From Pecten maximus (taxonomy: Eukaryota), in the NCBI RefSeq assembly GCF_902652985.1, contig NC_047028.1, forward strand, positions 35,650,001 to 35,714,000: a DNA stretch of 64,000 nucleotides, written 5' to 3'. The translations under genes and the position numbers were made by a program. The notes under the pieces are model-generated. The model was not told the DNA's origin and made no database searches. It saw nothing but the letters and a program-made list of their open reading frames with translations. Position 1 is the first letter of the stretch, and every line of letters starts with the position of its first letter. This document shows positions 26,755 through 39,949 of the stretch, in pieces.

Positions 26755-29700
26755 GGGAAAACAAGTTTCCCATCGCCATCCCGTGGAATAGTTCCGAAGT
26801 GCTTGTGAAACAGAAAAAAATCCCACTGCTATCTCGTGGCATAGAAAAGTTCCTAATTGCTTGTGAAAAAAAAAAAAAACAAAAACAAAAACAAAACAAC
26901 AAAAAATCCAACTGCTATCTCGTAAAATATAAAAGTTCCGAACTGCTGGTGAAACAGAAAAGTTTTCCGCTGCCAACTTGTGGAATAGAAAAGTTTTCCA
27001 CTGTCATCCTTTGGAATAGAAAGGTTCCGAACTGCTTGTGAAACAGAAAAGTTCCAAATTACTGCTTCTTAGAATACAAATTTCCCCACTGTTACCTCAT
27101 GGAATAAAAAAGTCTCCCTCTTCCATCTCGTAAAAAAGAAATGTTCCAAACTGCTGTTGAAACAGGAAAGTTTCCTACTACCACCTCGGGAAATAGAAAA
27201 GTCTCCCACTACCACCTCGGGAAATAGAAAAAAATAGATGAACCCCCACCGCTATCTCGTGGAATAGACAAATCCCCCACCGATATCTCGTGGAATAGAC
27301 AAATCCCCCACCGCTATCTCGTGGAATAGACAAATTCCCCACGCTATCTCGTGGAATAGACAAATCCCCCACCGCTATCTCGTGGAATAGACAAATCCCC
27401 CACCGCTAACTCGTGGAATAGACAAATTCCCCACGCTATCTCGTGGAATAGACAAATCCCCCACCGCTATCTCGTGGAATAGACAAATCCCCCACCGCTA
27501 ACTCGTGGAATAGACAAATTCCCCACCGCTATCTCGTGGAATAGACAAATCCCCATCACTATCTCTTGGAATAGACAAATCCTTCACCGCTATCTCGTGG
27601 AATAGACAAATTCTTCTCGCCTATTTCGTGGAATACACAAATTACCCCACCACTATCTCTTGGAATAGACAAATTCCTCTCCGCTATTTCGTGGAATAGA
27701 CAAATCCCCAACCGCTGTCTCGTGGAATAGACAAATTCCTCTCGCCTATTTCGTGGAATACACAAATTACCCCACCTCTATCTCGTGGAATAGACAAATT
27801 CCTCTCGGCTATCTCGTGGAATAGACAAATCCCCCGCCGCTATCTCGTGGAATAAACAAATCCCCAAGGCTATCTCGTGGAATAGACAAATCCCCCACCG
27901 CTATCTCGTGGAATAAACAAATCCCCAACGCTATCTCGTGGAATAGACAAATCACCCACCGCTATGTCGTGGAATAGACAAATTCCTCTCGCCTATTTCG
28001 TGGAATACACAAATTACCCCACCGCTATCTCGTGGAATAGACAAATTCCTCTCGGCTATCTCGTGGAATAGACAAATCCCCACCGCTATCTCGTGGAATA
28101 GACTATTTCCTCACGGCTATTTCGTGGAATAGACAAATTCCCCACCACTATCTCGTGGAATAGACAAATCCCCTACCGCTATCTCGTGGAATAGACAAAT
28201 CCCCCGCCGCTATCTCGTGGAATAGACAAATTCCCCACCGCTGTCTCGTGGAATAGACAAATCCCCCACCGCTATCTCGTGGAATAGACAAATCCCCCAC
28301 CGCTATCTCGTGGAATAGACAAATCCTCCATCGATATCTCGTGGAATAGACAAATCCCCCACCGCTATCTCGTGGAATAGACAAATTCCCCACGCTATCT
28401 CGTGGAATAGACAAATCCCCCACCGCTATCTCGTGGAATAGACAAATCCCCCACCGCTAACTCGTGGAATAGACAAATTCCCCACCGCTATCTCGTGGAA
28501 TAGACAAATTCTTCTCGCCTATTTCGTGGAAAAAACAAATTACCCCACCACTATCTCTTGGAATAGACAAATTCCTCTCCGCTATTTCGTGGAATAGACA
28601 AATCCCCCACCGCTATCTCGTGGAATAGACAAATCCCCCACCGCTAACTCGTGGAATAGACAAATTCCCCACCGCTATCTCGTGGAATAGACAAATCCCC
28701 ATCACTATCTCGTGGAATAGACAAATCCTTCACCGCTATCTCGTGGAATAGACAAATCCCCCACCGCTAACTCGTGGAATAGACAAATTCCCCACCGCTG
28801 TCTCGTGGAATAGACAAATCCCCCACCGCTATCTCGTGGAATAAACAAATCCCCAACGCTATCTCGTGGAATAGACAAATCACCCACCGCTATCTCGTGG
28901 AATAGACAAATTCCTCTCGCCTATTTCGTGGAATACACAAATTACCCCACCGCTATCTCGTGGAATACACAAATTCCTCTCGGCTATCTCGTGGAATAGA
29001 CAAATCCCCCACCGCTATCTCGTGGAATAGACAAATCCCCACCGCTATCTCGTGGAAATAGACTATTTCCTCACGGCTATTTCGTGGAATAGACAAATTC
29101 CCCACCACTATCTCGTGGAATAGACAAATCCCCTACCGCTATCTCGTAGAATAAACAAATCCCCCACCGCTATCTCGTGGAATAGACAAATTCCCCACCG
29201 CTATCTCGTGGAATAGACAAATCACCCACCGCTATCTCGTGGAATAGACAAATCCCCCACCACTATCTCGTGGAATAGACAATTCCCCCACCACTATCTC
29301 GTGGAATAGACAAATCCCCCACGCCTATCTCGTGGAATAGACAAATACCCCACCCCTATCTCGTGGAATAGACAAATACCCACCGATATCTCGTGGAATA
29401 GACAAATACCCACCGATATCTCGTGGAATAGACAAATTCCCCACCACTATCTCGTGGAATAGACAAATATCCACCGCTATCTCGTGGAATAGACAAATCC
29501 CCGACTACTATCTCTCGTGGAAAAGTTCCCCACCACTATCTCTCGTGGAAAAGTTACCCACTACTATATCGTGTGGAAAAGTTACCCACTACTATATCGT
29601 GTGGAAAAGTTCCCCACTACTATCTCTTGTGGAAAAGTTTCCCACTACTATCTCTCGTGGAAACGTTCCCCACCACTATCTCGTGGAATAGACAAATACC

Positions 29701-31915
29701 CACCGCTATGTCGTGGAATAGACAAATCACCGACTACTATCTCTCGTGGAAAAGTTCCCGACTACTATCTCTCGTGGAAAAGTTCCCCACTACTATCTCT
29801 CATGGAAAAGTTCCCCACCACTATCTCTCGTGGAAAAGTTCCCCACTACTATCTCTCGTGGAAAAGTTCCCCACTACTATCTCTCGTAGAAAAGTTCCCC
29901 ACCACTATCTCTCGTGGAAAAGTTCCCCACTACTATCTCTCGTGGAAAAGTTCCCCACTACTATCTCTCGTGGAAAAGTTACCCACTACTATCTATCGTG
30001 GAAAAGTTCCCCACTACTGTATCTGGTGGAAAAGTTCCTCGCTACTATCTCGTGAAATAGTTCCCCACTACTATCTCTCGTAGAAAAGTTCCCGACTACT
30101 ATCTCTCGTGGAAAAGTTCCCCACTACTATCTCTCGTGGAATAGACAAATAACCACCGATATATCGTGGAATAGACAAATTCCCCACCACTATCTCGTGG
30201 AATAGACAAATATCCACCGCTATCTCGTGGAATAGACAAATCCCCGACTACTATCTCTCGTGGAAAAGTTCCCCACCACTATCTCTCGTGGAAAAGTTCC
30301 CCACTACTATCTCTCGTGGAAAAGTTCCCCACTACTATCTCTCGTGGAAAAGTTCCCCACTACTATCTCTCGTGGAAAAGTTCCCCACCACTATCTCTCG
30401 TGGAAAAGTTCCCCACTACTATCTCTCGTGGAAAAGTTCCCCACCACTATCTCTCGTAGAAAAGTTCCCCACTACTATCTCTCGTGGAAAAGTTCCCCAC
30501 TACTATCTCTCGTGGAAAAGTTCCCCACTACTATCTCTCGTGGAAAAGTTCCCCACTACTATCTCTCGTCGAAAGGTTCCCCACCACTATCTCATGGAAA
30601 AGTTTCCCATTACTATCTCTCTTGGAAAAGTTACCCACTACTATCTCTCGTGGAAAAGTTCCCCACTACTATCTCTCGTAGAAAGTTCCCCACTACTATC
30701 TCTCGTGGAAAAGTTACCCACTACGACTGTATCTCTCGTAGGAAAGTTCCCCACTACTATCTCTCGTAGAAAAGTTCCCCACTACTATCTCTCGTGGGAA
30801 AGTTCCCCACCACTATCTCTCGTAGAAAGTTCCCCACTACTATCTCTCGTTGAAAAGTTCCCCACCACTATCTCTTGTGGAAAAGTTCTCGACTACTATC
30901 TCTCGTGGGAAAGTTCCCCACCACTATCTCTCGTAGAAAGTTCCCCACCACTATCTCTCGTAGAAAGTTCCCCACTACTATCTCTCGTTGAAAAGTTCCC
31001 CACTACTATCTCTCGTAGAAAAGTTCCCCACTACTATCTCTCGTGGGAAAGTTCCCCACCACTATCTCTCGTAGAAAAGTTCCCCACTACTATCTCTCGT
31101 GGGAAAGTTCCCCACCACTATCTCTCGTAGAAAGTTCCCCACTACTATCTCTCGTTGAAAAGTTCCCCACTACTATCTCTCGTGGGAAAGTTCCCCACCA
31201 CTATCTCTCGTAGAAAGTTCCCCACCACTATCTCTCGTGGAAAAGTTCCCCACTACTATCTCTCGTGGAAAAGTTCCCCTCTACTATCTCTCGTGGAAAA
31301 GTTCCCCACTACTATCTATCCCGGAAAAGTTCCCCACTACTGTATCTGGTGGAAAAGTTCCTCGCTACTATCTCGTGAAATAGTTCCCCACTACTATCTC
31401 TCGTAGAAAAGTTCCCGACTACTATCTCTCGTGGAAAAGTTCCCCACTACTATCTCTCGTGGAATAGACAAATAACCACCGATATCTCGTGGAATAGACA
31501 AATTCCCCACCACTATCTCGTGGAATAGACAAATATCCACCGCTATCTCGTGGAATAGACAAATCCCCGACTACTATCTCTCGTGGAAAAGTTCCCCACC
31601 ACTATCTCTCGTGGAAAAGTTCCCCACTACTATCTCTCGTGGAAAAGTTCCCCACTACTATCTCTCGTGGAAAAGTTCCCCACTACTATCTCTCGTGGAA
31701 AAGTTCCCCACTACTATCTCTCGTGGAAAAGTTCCCCACTACTATCTCTCTTGGAAAAGTTCCCCACCACTATCTCTCGTGGAAAAGTTCCCCACTACTA
31801 TCTCTCGTGGAAAAGTCCCCACTACTATCTCTCGTGGAAAAGTTCCCCACTACTATCTCTCGTGGAAAATTTCCCCACTACTATCTCGTCGAAAAGTTAC
31901 CCACTTTTCCCCCCC
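26755..31915. repeat. Composite satellite: degenerate precursor (26755-27240), 31-bp array (27245-29510), related 28-bp array (29500-31915)
   Basis: 31-mer gctatctcgtggaatagacaaatcccccacc; 28-mer ctactatctctcgtggaaaagttcccca; shared core tctcgtggaa. Confidence 0.98.
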
Positions 31916-33817
31916 GAGTAATAGAAAAGTTGTTCAACTACTTGGTACTCTATCGTTTGCAGTCATTTCGTATATAAATACTTGACTCAATTTGTCTTTT
32001 CTGTGCTCATCTGCTAAATTATAGTTTGTAGCTAAAATACCAAGCATGTGTTCACGTTTAATGTGTCATGAGCTATTAGAAATTTAAAACGGAGCGTTAA
32101 TATAATACTTAACGGGAGAATTACGGGCATGCGTAAACAGCCTAGTCATGGTAAATGATTTATAAGATATAGATATACACGTAACAGATGTTTATAGTAG
32201 TAGATATAATTGGTGAGATATATGTAAATAAAACTGCACGGCATTGATACATGTGTAAACAACACACGTGTGTCCCGGAGTTCGCGTACATCAATTTCTA
32301 TTGAAGCCCGACAATAGTCATTTAATATGTTTCTGATGTTCCGATATCTAAGTGACCAATTGTCTCAAACAACCTCATCCTTTATTTTCTCATCATCATA
32401 TTCATCGCCATCATCCCCATTCTTCCTGGACAAAGCAGGCACCGCCCCCTGGCGATGAATCCGATTAGTAGTTCGAGATCCGCTGTCACGGTGCCGTAAA
32501 CCGTCGGAGGTCTGTTGGCTATGGTTCTATACTGACCAGTCGGCAACTGACCAGCAGGGGCTTAACAACAATCACCCGTCCTTTACAATAGCCGCTCAAC
32601 ACCACACGAATATGTAGTTATGTGCGTATGTATATATCATTCAAGCACAAATCGCCATCTCTGTATTGACGTAGCAAATGTACGAGAATCAGGAGCTCTA
32701 GATCTCTTATCGCTGTGTATATGTATGACTCGTATGTATAACCGAGAGATGCGGTGTTTAGTGAAGGAGTTCTTGACTTGTGGTGGTCACGCCGCTAGTT
32801 GAATCAATAGTGAATTATCCTGGCGAGCCTTTATCATGCATCGTTCCTTTTGCGTGGCTGAAATAAGCGACGTAAACTGGGTGACTCTATTCGATTTCAA
32901 CGTATTGATTTCCTGGTATATATATCCATATTGAGGACCTAGGCGAAAAGACAGCGGAACAAGGCAACCCGAAAGGCACGTCCGAATCGACGTTTCTCGA
33001 AGATCAACACTAGTTGCGTTTTTTCTCTCCCACTAACAACCGAAACTTAGTGTTGGCTGCGAGTAGCCGTGGCCAGTAGAAGGCGCGCAGAGACAACCTC
33101 GGCAGTGTTAACCGAGCAAAATCAATGAAAAATCTTTGTCTAGTTGTTAGAGGAATGCGCTCATAAAATGTGAAATCTGTTTGCATTTAGTTGTCTATCT
33201 AAACTATTTTTTCACGCATAATGCAGCCTGTTGAAATGCCATCTGACGAATTTTCTGAATCGGAAAGCTTGCACTGAGAAATCAACATGTGCCTCTACAT
33301 ACGCATGCGCAAATGATGCGAGTAATTGAGGGGAATGGAAAAGATGGCGGTGACGTATAGATACTGTGCTTACTTTGTGTATTCAACATGTGTGATGTGC
33401 CGGCAAAGCAACAGCAGATACACAGCAGCCGAATAAAAGCTGGCGGATTCGATGTGAACTCGAATTTAAGTAGGTATGTCGCTTGCCATTGAGTTCCCAT
33501 CGTTCGCCTGGACCAACACCGGTTTGTTTAGAGTTTGTGAAGAAACGAAGAAGAAACGTGAAAACGTGTTTCAAAGGGAATATACTACAAAAAGCCCATT
33601 CGAAGGACCAGTGTTAGACCTGTATTCATCAACAAGTTGTGTTTGTTATCAAAATAAGTGTTTCTTGTTCCAGTTAATTTCCGGAGAGGAATTAAAAAGA
33701 ATTGCCACGCCAGGTTTTCCGTTTGGATAACTGAATGAGTTTTCTCGACAGGTACCACTTCCACATTTTAATGCTTTTCTTAAATTTTCAACCATTTTTC
33801 TCATCTTTTTCTGAACT

Positions 33818-34348
33818 ATGACATTGCGTGATGTGGCAGGCTCGCTATATGAAAAGCCGAGTTCACCATACAAAGAGGCCTGTTACCCACGCAGTATTCT
33901 AACAATCTACTTTCTTCTGTTGATGTGTTTTGTTCACGGTTGTAAAAGTATTCTCCACTCGGGATCAAAATTACCAGCCCACCCCTCCGACAGCTCGTGC
34001 GAGATCAGGAACGATGGGGGCAGTTCTCCATTCGTTAACCGGTCCCAGTGCCTTTCTCTCAGTTCTAGATTCAGTGAAAATATTTGCAATATTAGTGAAA
34101 CACTCCGAACGCAGGAATTACGGAAATACAAGTTAAAGTTCTGTTCAGATTATACTGTGTATGCGGTGATTCCAAATAAGGATATAGTTCGCGAAATAGA
34201 GGATGCAGGCTGTTTAAATTATCTCCAGAAAGTTATATTTTTGGATCTGGAGGTTGAAAAAATGTATGAGGAATTTAAGCAAATAATGTTCAAGTTTGAC
34301 TGCTCCCGGACAAAATATTCGGTAAAGTGGGCATGTGTTGATTGTGAG
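33818..34348 (+). CDS. NALF1: First coding exon (177 codons) of a NALCN channel auxiliary factor (NALF/FAM155/NLF-1, Mid1 family); the gene continues beyond the window
   Basis: ATG, then a hydrophobic N-terminal segment (ILTIYFLLLMCFVHGC) and a Cys-rich domain: LKFCSDYTV...C...LDLEVEKMYEEFKQIMFKFDCSRTKYSVKWACVDCE. This matches the FAM155/Mid1 pattern (human ...FCNSYTL...EKYEEFESVLHKY...YSVKSCPEDCK). It ends at a perfect phase-0 donor GAG|GTAAGT (34349). Confidence 0.85.
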
Positions 34349-34659
34349 GTAAGTAATTTATTTACCTATAAAGCATGCATGGTTTGTTTACAGCTGTTGC
34401 CTTTTTTTTTGTACACGTGTGACCACACATATGCGATATTACATGTACCGGCCTTTATAAATCTGGTGAATAAATAGTGGTTAAACAAATATTTCATAAC
34501 TGAACATAAAAATAGAAATGTATTTAAGTCATCATTAGAGAAAAGGACAACAGTAAGTATACAATTATCTACTGCCAATAATAATTTAAAATCCAGCATA
34601 CTCGCTATTACATTATAAGGTATTCTAATATCTAGATTTAATATACATAACATATGTAA

Positions 34660-35170
34660 AATGTAGATAGGACACACACGTGTCATTACGTGTTGACAGG
34701 ACACATGTGTCTGCATGTGTAGATAGGACACACACGTGTATTTACATGCAAAAAGGACACGTGTCTTTATGTGTAGATAGGACACACACTTGTATTTACG
34801 TGTAGAAAGGATACACATGTGTCTGTATGTGTAAACAGGGCACGCACGTGTGTTTACGTGTAGAAGGGACACGTGTGTCTTATCTGTAGACAGGACAAAT
34901 ATGTCTGTATGTGTAGATATGACGCACATGTGTCTATGTGTAGACATGTCGCACATGTGTATTTACGTGTAGAAAGGACGCACGTGTCTTTACGTGTAAA
35001 AGGACACGTCTTCACGTGTAGAAAGGACACATGTGTCTTCACGTGTAGAAAGGACACGAAGACCGGAAACACATGTATGCATGTCATACGTGTATGTACG
35101 TGTAAACAGAACACACGTACATGTACTTTGAGACAGGACACACGTGTTGACAGCTAGGACACACGTGAAA
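34660..35170. repeat. Degenerate ~26-bp tandem repeat rich in CACGTG/CACATG/TACGTG
   Basis: acgtgtagaaaggacac(a/g)tgtgtctt-like units. Confidence 0.8.
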
Positions 35171-35249
35171 TTTGTCAACTCGTGTGATGTACAATATGCG
35201 TTGTTAACTGCCTATTGGTTAGGTTATCGTCGTATGAATTATTTAATTT

Positions 35250-35632
35250 CGACAATATTTATAGATCTCCCGGACAGCAGACAATATCATATATCTCCCA
35301 GACACTGCACAATATCATATATCTCCCGGACAGTGGACAACATTATAGATCTCCCGGACACTGGACAAGATCATATATCTCCCGGACAGTGGACAATATT
35401 TATAGATCTCCCGGGCACTGGACAATATTTATAGATCTCCCGGACACTGGACAATATTTATAGATCTTCCGGACACTGGACAATATTTATAGATCTCCCG
35501 GACAGTGAATAATATTTATAAATCTCCCGGACACTGGACAATATTTATAAATCCCTCGGACACTGGACAATATCTATAGATCTTCCGGACACTGGACAAT
35601 ATATATATAAATCCCCTTGACACTGGACAATA
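35250..35632. repeat. 29-bp minisatellite, ~13 copies
   Basis: ggacaatatttatagatctcccggacact. Confidence 0.95.
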
Positions 35633-37032
35633 CTTTGTATTATATGAGAAGATTAAGCTAATATTGAACTACAGTATGAAATATCGGTATTAAAATATTT
35701 TTAAACAATGTTTCTCGATAATTAAATGTTATGTTCACATAATCAAAATTTAATAAAGAGCAACTATTTTTCGATGTCCATTCTTCATGGAATGCTATTG
35801 AGCATTCTATTTTTGATATTAAGATATGTGTACCTCATGCTGCAGCTGTAGTTTCTAAACACAGTCAAACTTAAACACGCACTTGTGTACATACACATGG
35901 TAACCACACATATACCCTCTCCCCGGCACTTCTGAAGTAGCGCGATGAATCTGAAGGGGAGAAAGGAAGGAAATCGTTTAGCGACTTCTCGCTGTCCACA
36001 CCTACACATACCAAACGCTATCGAGGTTGTAGATAGAATAGTTTGATCCGCGAAAGCTTTCTGTGTGTTCACCAGACGGTATTGTCTGCCTTGTGATGCG
36101 ATACTATGCCTGAGCTATAGGGATCGCTTTGTCATTAGATCGATGGGTCGTCAATATAATAATACTTAACACATAATGTATTTACTTATGTAAGTAATAT
36201 TTATGTCTATCTGCGCACGTGAGAGAGCAAAGCCTTAAAGCTAACCCCTTATTCGTTACGACCGGAAGATGTTTGTATAACAAATGGTGACGTCACAAAC
36301 GTCTAACGACCATCAGAGACTTGTGTTGTTATCTGAAGCACGTGCGGTTTAATCGAAAATCCTTCTGTGCTGGTCTACTGGAAAATTATTAACCAACCGC
36401 GTACCTTGTTTCTCTCCCAATTAAACGAGTACATGCGTAAAGCATTTGCTAATTCTGTATTGCGTACCGGAAACAATCGACAGCTCGTGCATAAATAGAT
36501 TCCACCTCCACACGAGAAGAGTTCTGAGTGAAATGTAGCTATGCCTGGTAAGATATTCCGCTATCGGTAACCTTTGTACTTACTTCAGCGCAGTGATTTA
36601 TGTTGTAAATAACCATAAGATTTTGGAAGAAAAACAAGTTCATTTTCTCAAAGAACCCACCAATCACGTTCTTTTCAGATAAATAAAAACCATGAATGAT
36701 AGTATATTTATTTACAAGAAAGATCGGAATACTCTCAGTGGATTCAGAACCTACTTGAGATATTCATTCAGCACACTGTCGGTACAGAGAGTGTTGTCTT
36801 GGCAGCAGGTACACCAAATTTTCGAGATCATATTTTGCAAGGGCATTCCTTTCGTGTGTTTCAACACCGGCCTTCACCCCGCCGACAGTGCGCCAGTAAA
36901 ACTGATATGGGAGGCTAATGACCAGCTAGTCTGGCAGGCTGTGTGTATATTAACGGATATTATTGTAAGATACAGCGTTTATTCGTTTCCTTATGCACTT
37001 TAACAGTGGAACCTGGCTAGATGGTCCATTCT

Positions 37033-38628
37033 TACAGTAAAACTGTCTTATCTGACAACCTGTGAGGTATATACAGTGAAACTGTCTTATCTGACAACAT
37101 GTGAGGTATATACAGCGAAAACTGTCTAATCTGACAACCTGTGAGGTATATACAGTAAAACTGACTTATCTGACAACCTGTGAGGTATAAACAGCGAAAA
37201 CTGTCTTATCTGACAACCTGTGAGGTATAAACAGCGAAAACTGTCTTATCTGACAACATGTGAGGTATAAACAGCGAAAACTGTCTTATCTGACAACCTG
37301 TGAGGTATATACAGCGAAAACTGTCTTATCTGACAACATGTGAGGTATAAACAGCGAAAACTGTCTAATCTGACAACCTGTGAGGTATATACAGTAAAAC
37401 TGTCTTATCTGACAACCTGTGAGGTATATACAGTAAAACTGTCTTATCTGACAACCTATGAGGTATAAACAGCGAAAACTGTCTTATCTGACAACCTGTG
37501 AGGTATATACAGTAAAACTGTCTTATCTGACAACCTGTGAGGTATAAACAGCGAAAACTGTCTTATCTGACAACCTGTGAGGTATAAACAGTAAAACTGT
37601 CTTATCTGACAACATGTGAGGTATAAACAGCGAAAACTGTCTTATCTGACAACCTGTGAGGTATAAACAGCGAAAACTGTCTTATCTGACAACATGTGAG
37701 GTATATAACAGTGAAAACTGTCTATCTGACAACCTGGAGGTATATACAGTAAAACTGTCTTATCTGACAACCTGTGAGGTATATACAGTAAAAACTGTAC
37801 TTATCTGACAACCTGTGAGATATAACAGCTAAAACTGTCTTATCTGACAACCTGTGAGGTATAAACAGCGAAAACTGTCTTAATCTGACAACCTGTGAGG
37901 TATATACAGTAAAACTGTCTTATCTGACAACCTGTGAGGAATATACAGTAAAACTGTCTTATCTGACAACCCGTGAAGTATATACAGCGTAAAATGTCTT
38001 ATCTGACAACCTGTGAGGTACAGTGTATATACAGCGAAAACTGTCTTATCTGACAATCTGTGAGGTATAAACAGCGAAAATTGTCTTATCTGACAACCTG
38101 TGAGGTATAAACAGCGAAAACTGTCTTATCTGACAATCTGTGAGGTATAAACAGCGAAAACTGTCTTATCTGACAACCTGTGAGTTATAAACAGCGAAAA
38201 CTATCTTATCTGACAACCCGTGAAGTATATACAGCGAAAACTGTCTTATCTGACAACCTGTGAGGTACAGTGTATATACAGCGAAAATGTCTTATCTGAC
38301 AATCTGTGAGGTATAAACAGCGAAAACTGTCTTATCTGACAACCTGTGAGTTTTAAACAGCGAAAACTGTCTTATCTGATAACCTGTGAGGTATAAACAG
38401 CGAAAACTGTCTTATCTGACAACCCGTGAAGTATATAGAGCGAAAACTGTCTTATCTGACAACCTGTGATGTACAGTGTATATACAGCGAAAACTGTCTT
38501 ATCTGACAATCTGTGAGGTATAAACAGCGAAAACTGTCTTATCTGACAACCTGTGAGGTATAAACAGCGAAAACTGTCTTATCTGACAACCTGTGAGGTA
38601 TACACAGCGAAAACGGTCTTATCTGACA
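37033..38628. repeat. 39/40-bp minisatellite, ~40 copies
   Basis: acag(cga/ta)aaactgtcttatctgacaacctgtgaggtata(a/t). Confidence 0.98.
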
Positions 38629-38689
38629 CTGTTTGAGATCTTAACAGAACCAAGTCTAGGATCATAATGTCAAGTTTGTACTGTATGAT

Positions 38690-39949
38690 AGTGAGTGTCG
38701 TAATGTCGAGGTTCAACTGTTTAAAAACGATTGGCATAATGTCGGGGTTTCACTGTATAATAGCGAGTCATTATGTCGAGGTTTTACTTAAAAAGTGAGT
38801 GTCATTAGCTCGAGGCTTTACTGTGTAATAGTGAGTGTCATCATCTCGAAGCTTTACTGTGTAATAGTGAGTGTCATTATGTCGAGGGTTTACTGTAAAA
38901 AGTGAGTGTCATTATGTCGAGGTTTCACTGTATAATAGCGAGTCATTATGTCGAAGGGTTTTCCGTGTAAGGAGAATTGTCATTATGTCGAGGTTTTACT
39001 TAAAACGTGAGTGTCATTATCTCGAAGCTTTACTGTAAAAAGTGAGTGTCATTATGTCGAGGTTTTACTGTTAAAAGTGAGTGTCATTATGTCGAGGTTT
39101 TACTGTATAATAGCGAGTCATTATGTCGAGGTTTTACTGTAAAAAGTGAGTGTCATTATGTCGGGGTTTTACTGTGAAAAGTGAGTGTCATTATGTCGAG
39201 GTTTTACTGTAAAAAGTGAGTGTCATTATGTCGGGGGTTTACTGTAAAAAGTGAGTGTCATTATGTCGGGGTTTTACTGTAAAAAGTGAGTGTCATTATG
39301 TCGAGGGTTTACTGTAAAAAGTGAGTCTCATTATGTCGAGGTTTTACTGTTAAAAGTGAGTGTCATTATGTCGAGGTTTTACTGTATAATAGCGAGTCAT
39401 TATGTCGAGGTTTTACTGTAAAAAGTGAGTGTCATTATGTCGGGGTTTTACTGTGAAAAGTGAGTGTCATTATGTCGAGGGTTTACTGTAAAACGTGAGT
39501 GTCATTATGTCGGGGGTTTACTGTAAAACGTGAGTGTCATTATGTCGGGGTTTTACTGTAAAAAGTGAGTGTCATTATGTCGGGGTTTTACTGTAAAAAG
39601 TGAGTGTCATTATGTCGGGGGGAGGTTTCTATTTAAGGAGAAAGGTCATTATGTCGGGGTTTTACTGTAAAAAATGAGTCATTATGTCGGGGTTTTACTG
39701 TAAAAAGTGAGTGTCATTATGTCGAGGTTTTACTGTAAAAAGTGAGTGTCATTATGTCGAGGTTTTACTGTTAAAAGTGAGTGTCATTATGTCGAGGTTT
39801 TACTGTTTAAAGTGAGTGTCATTATGTCGAGGTTTTACTGTAAAAAAGTGAATGTCATTATGTCGAAGGGTTTTCCGTGTACGGAAAATTGTCATTATGT
39901 CGAGGTTTTACTTAAAACGTGAGTGTCATTATGTCGAGGTTTTACCGTA
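38690..39949. repeat. 35-bp minisatellite, ~36 copies
   Basis: gtgagtgtcattatgtcgaggttttactgtaaaaa. Confidence 0.97.

Noticed and set aside
29517-31985. MEKFPTTISRGKVPHYY repeat proteins
   Set aside because: They are translations of the 28-bp satellite.
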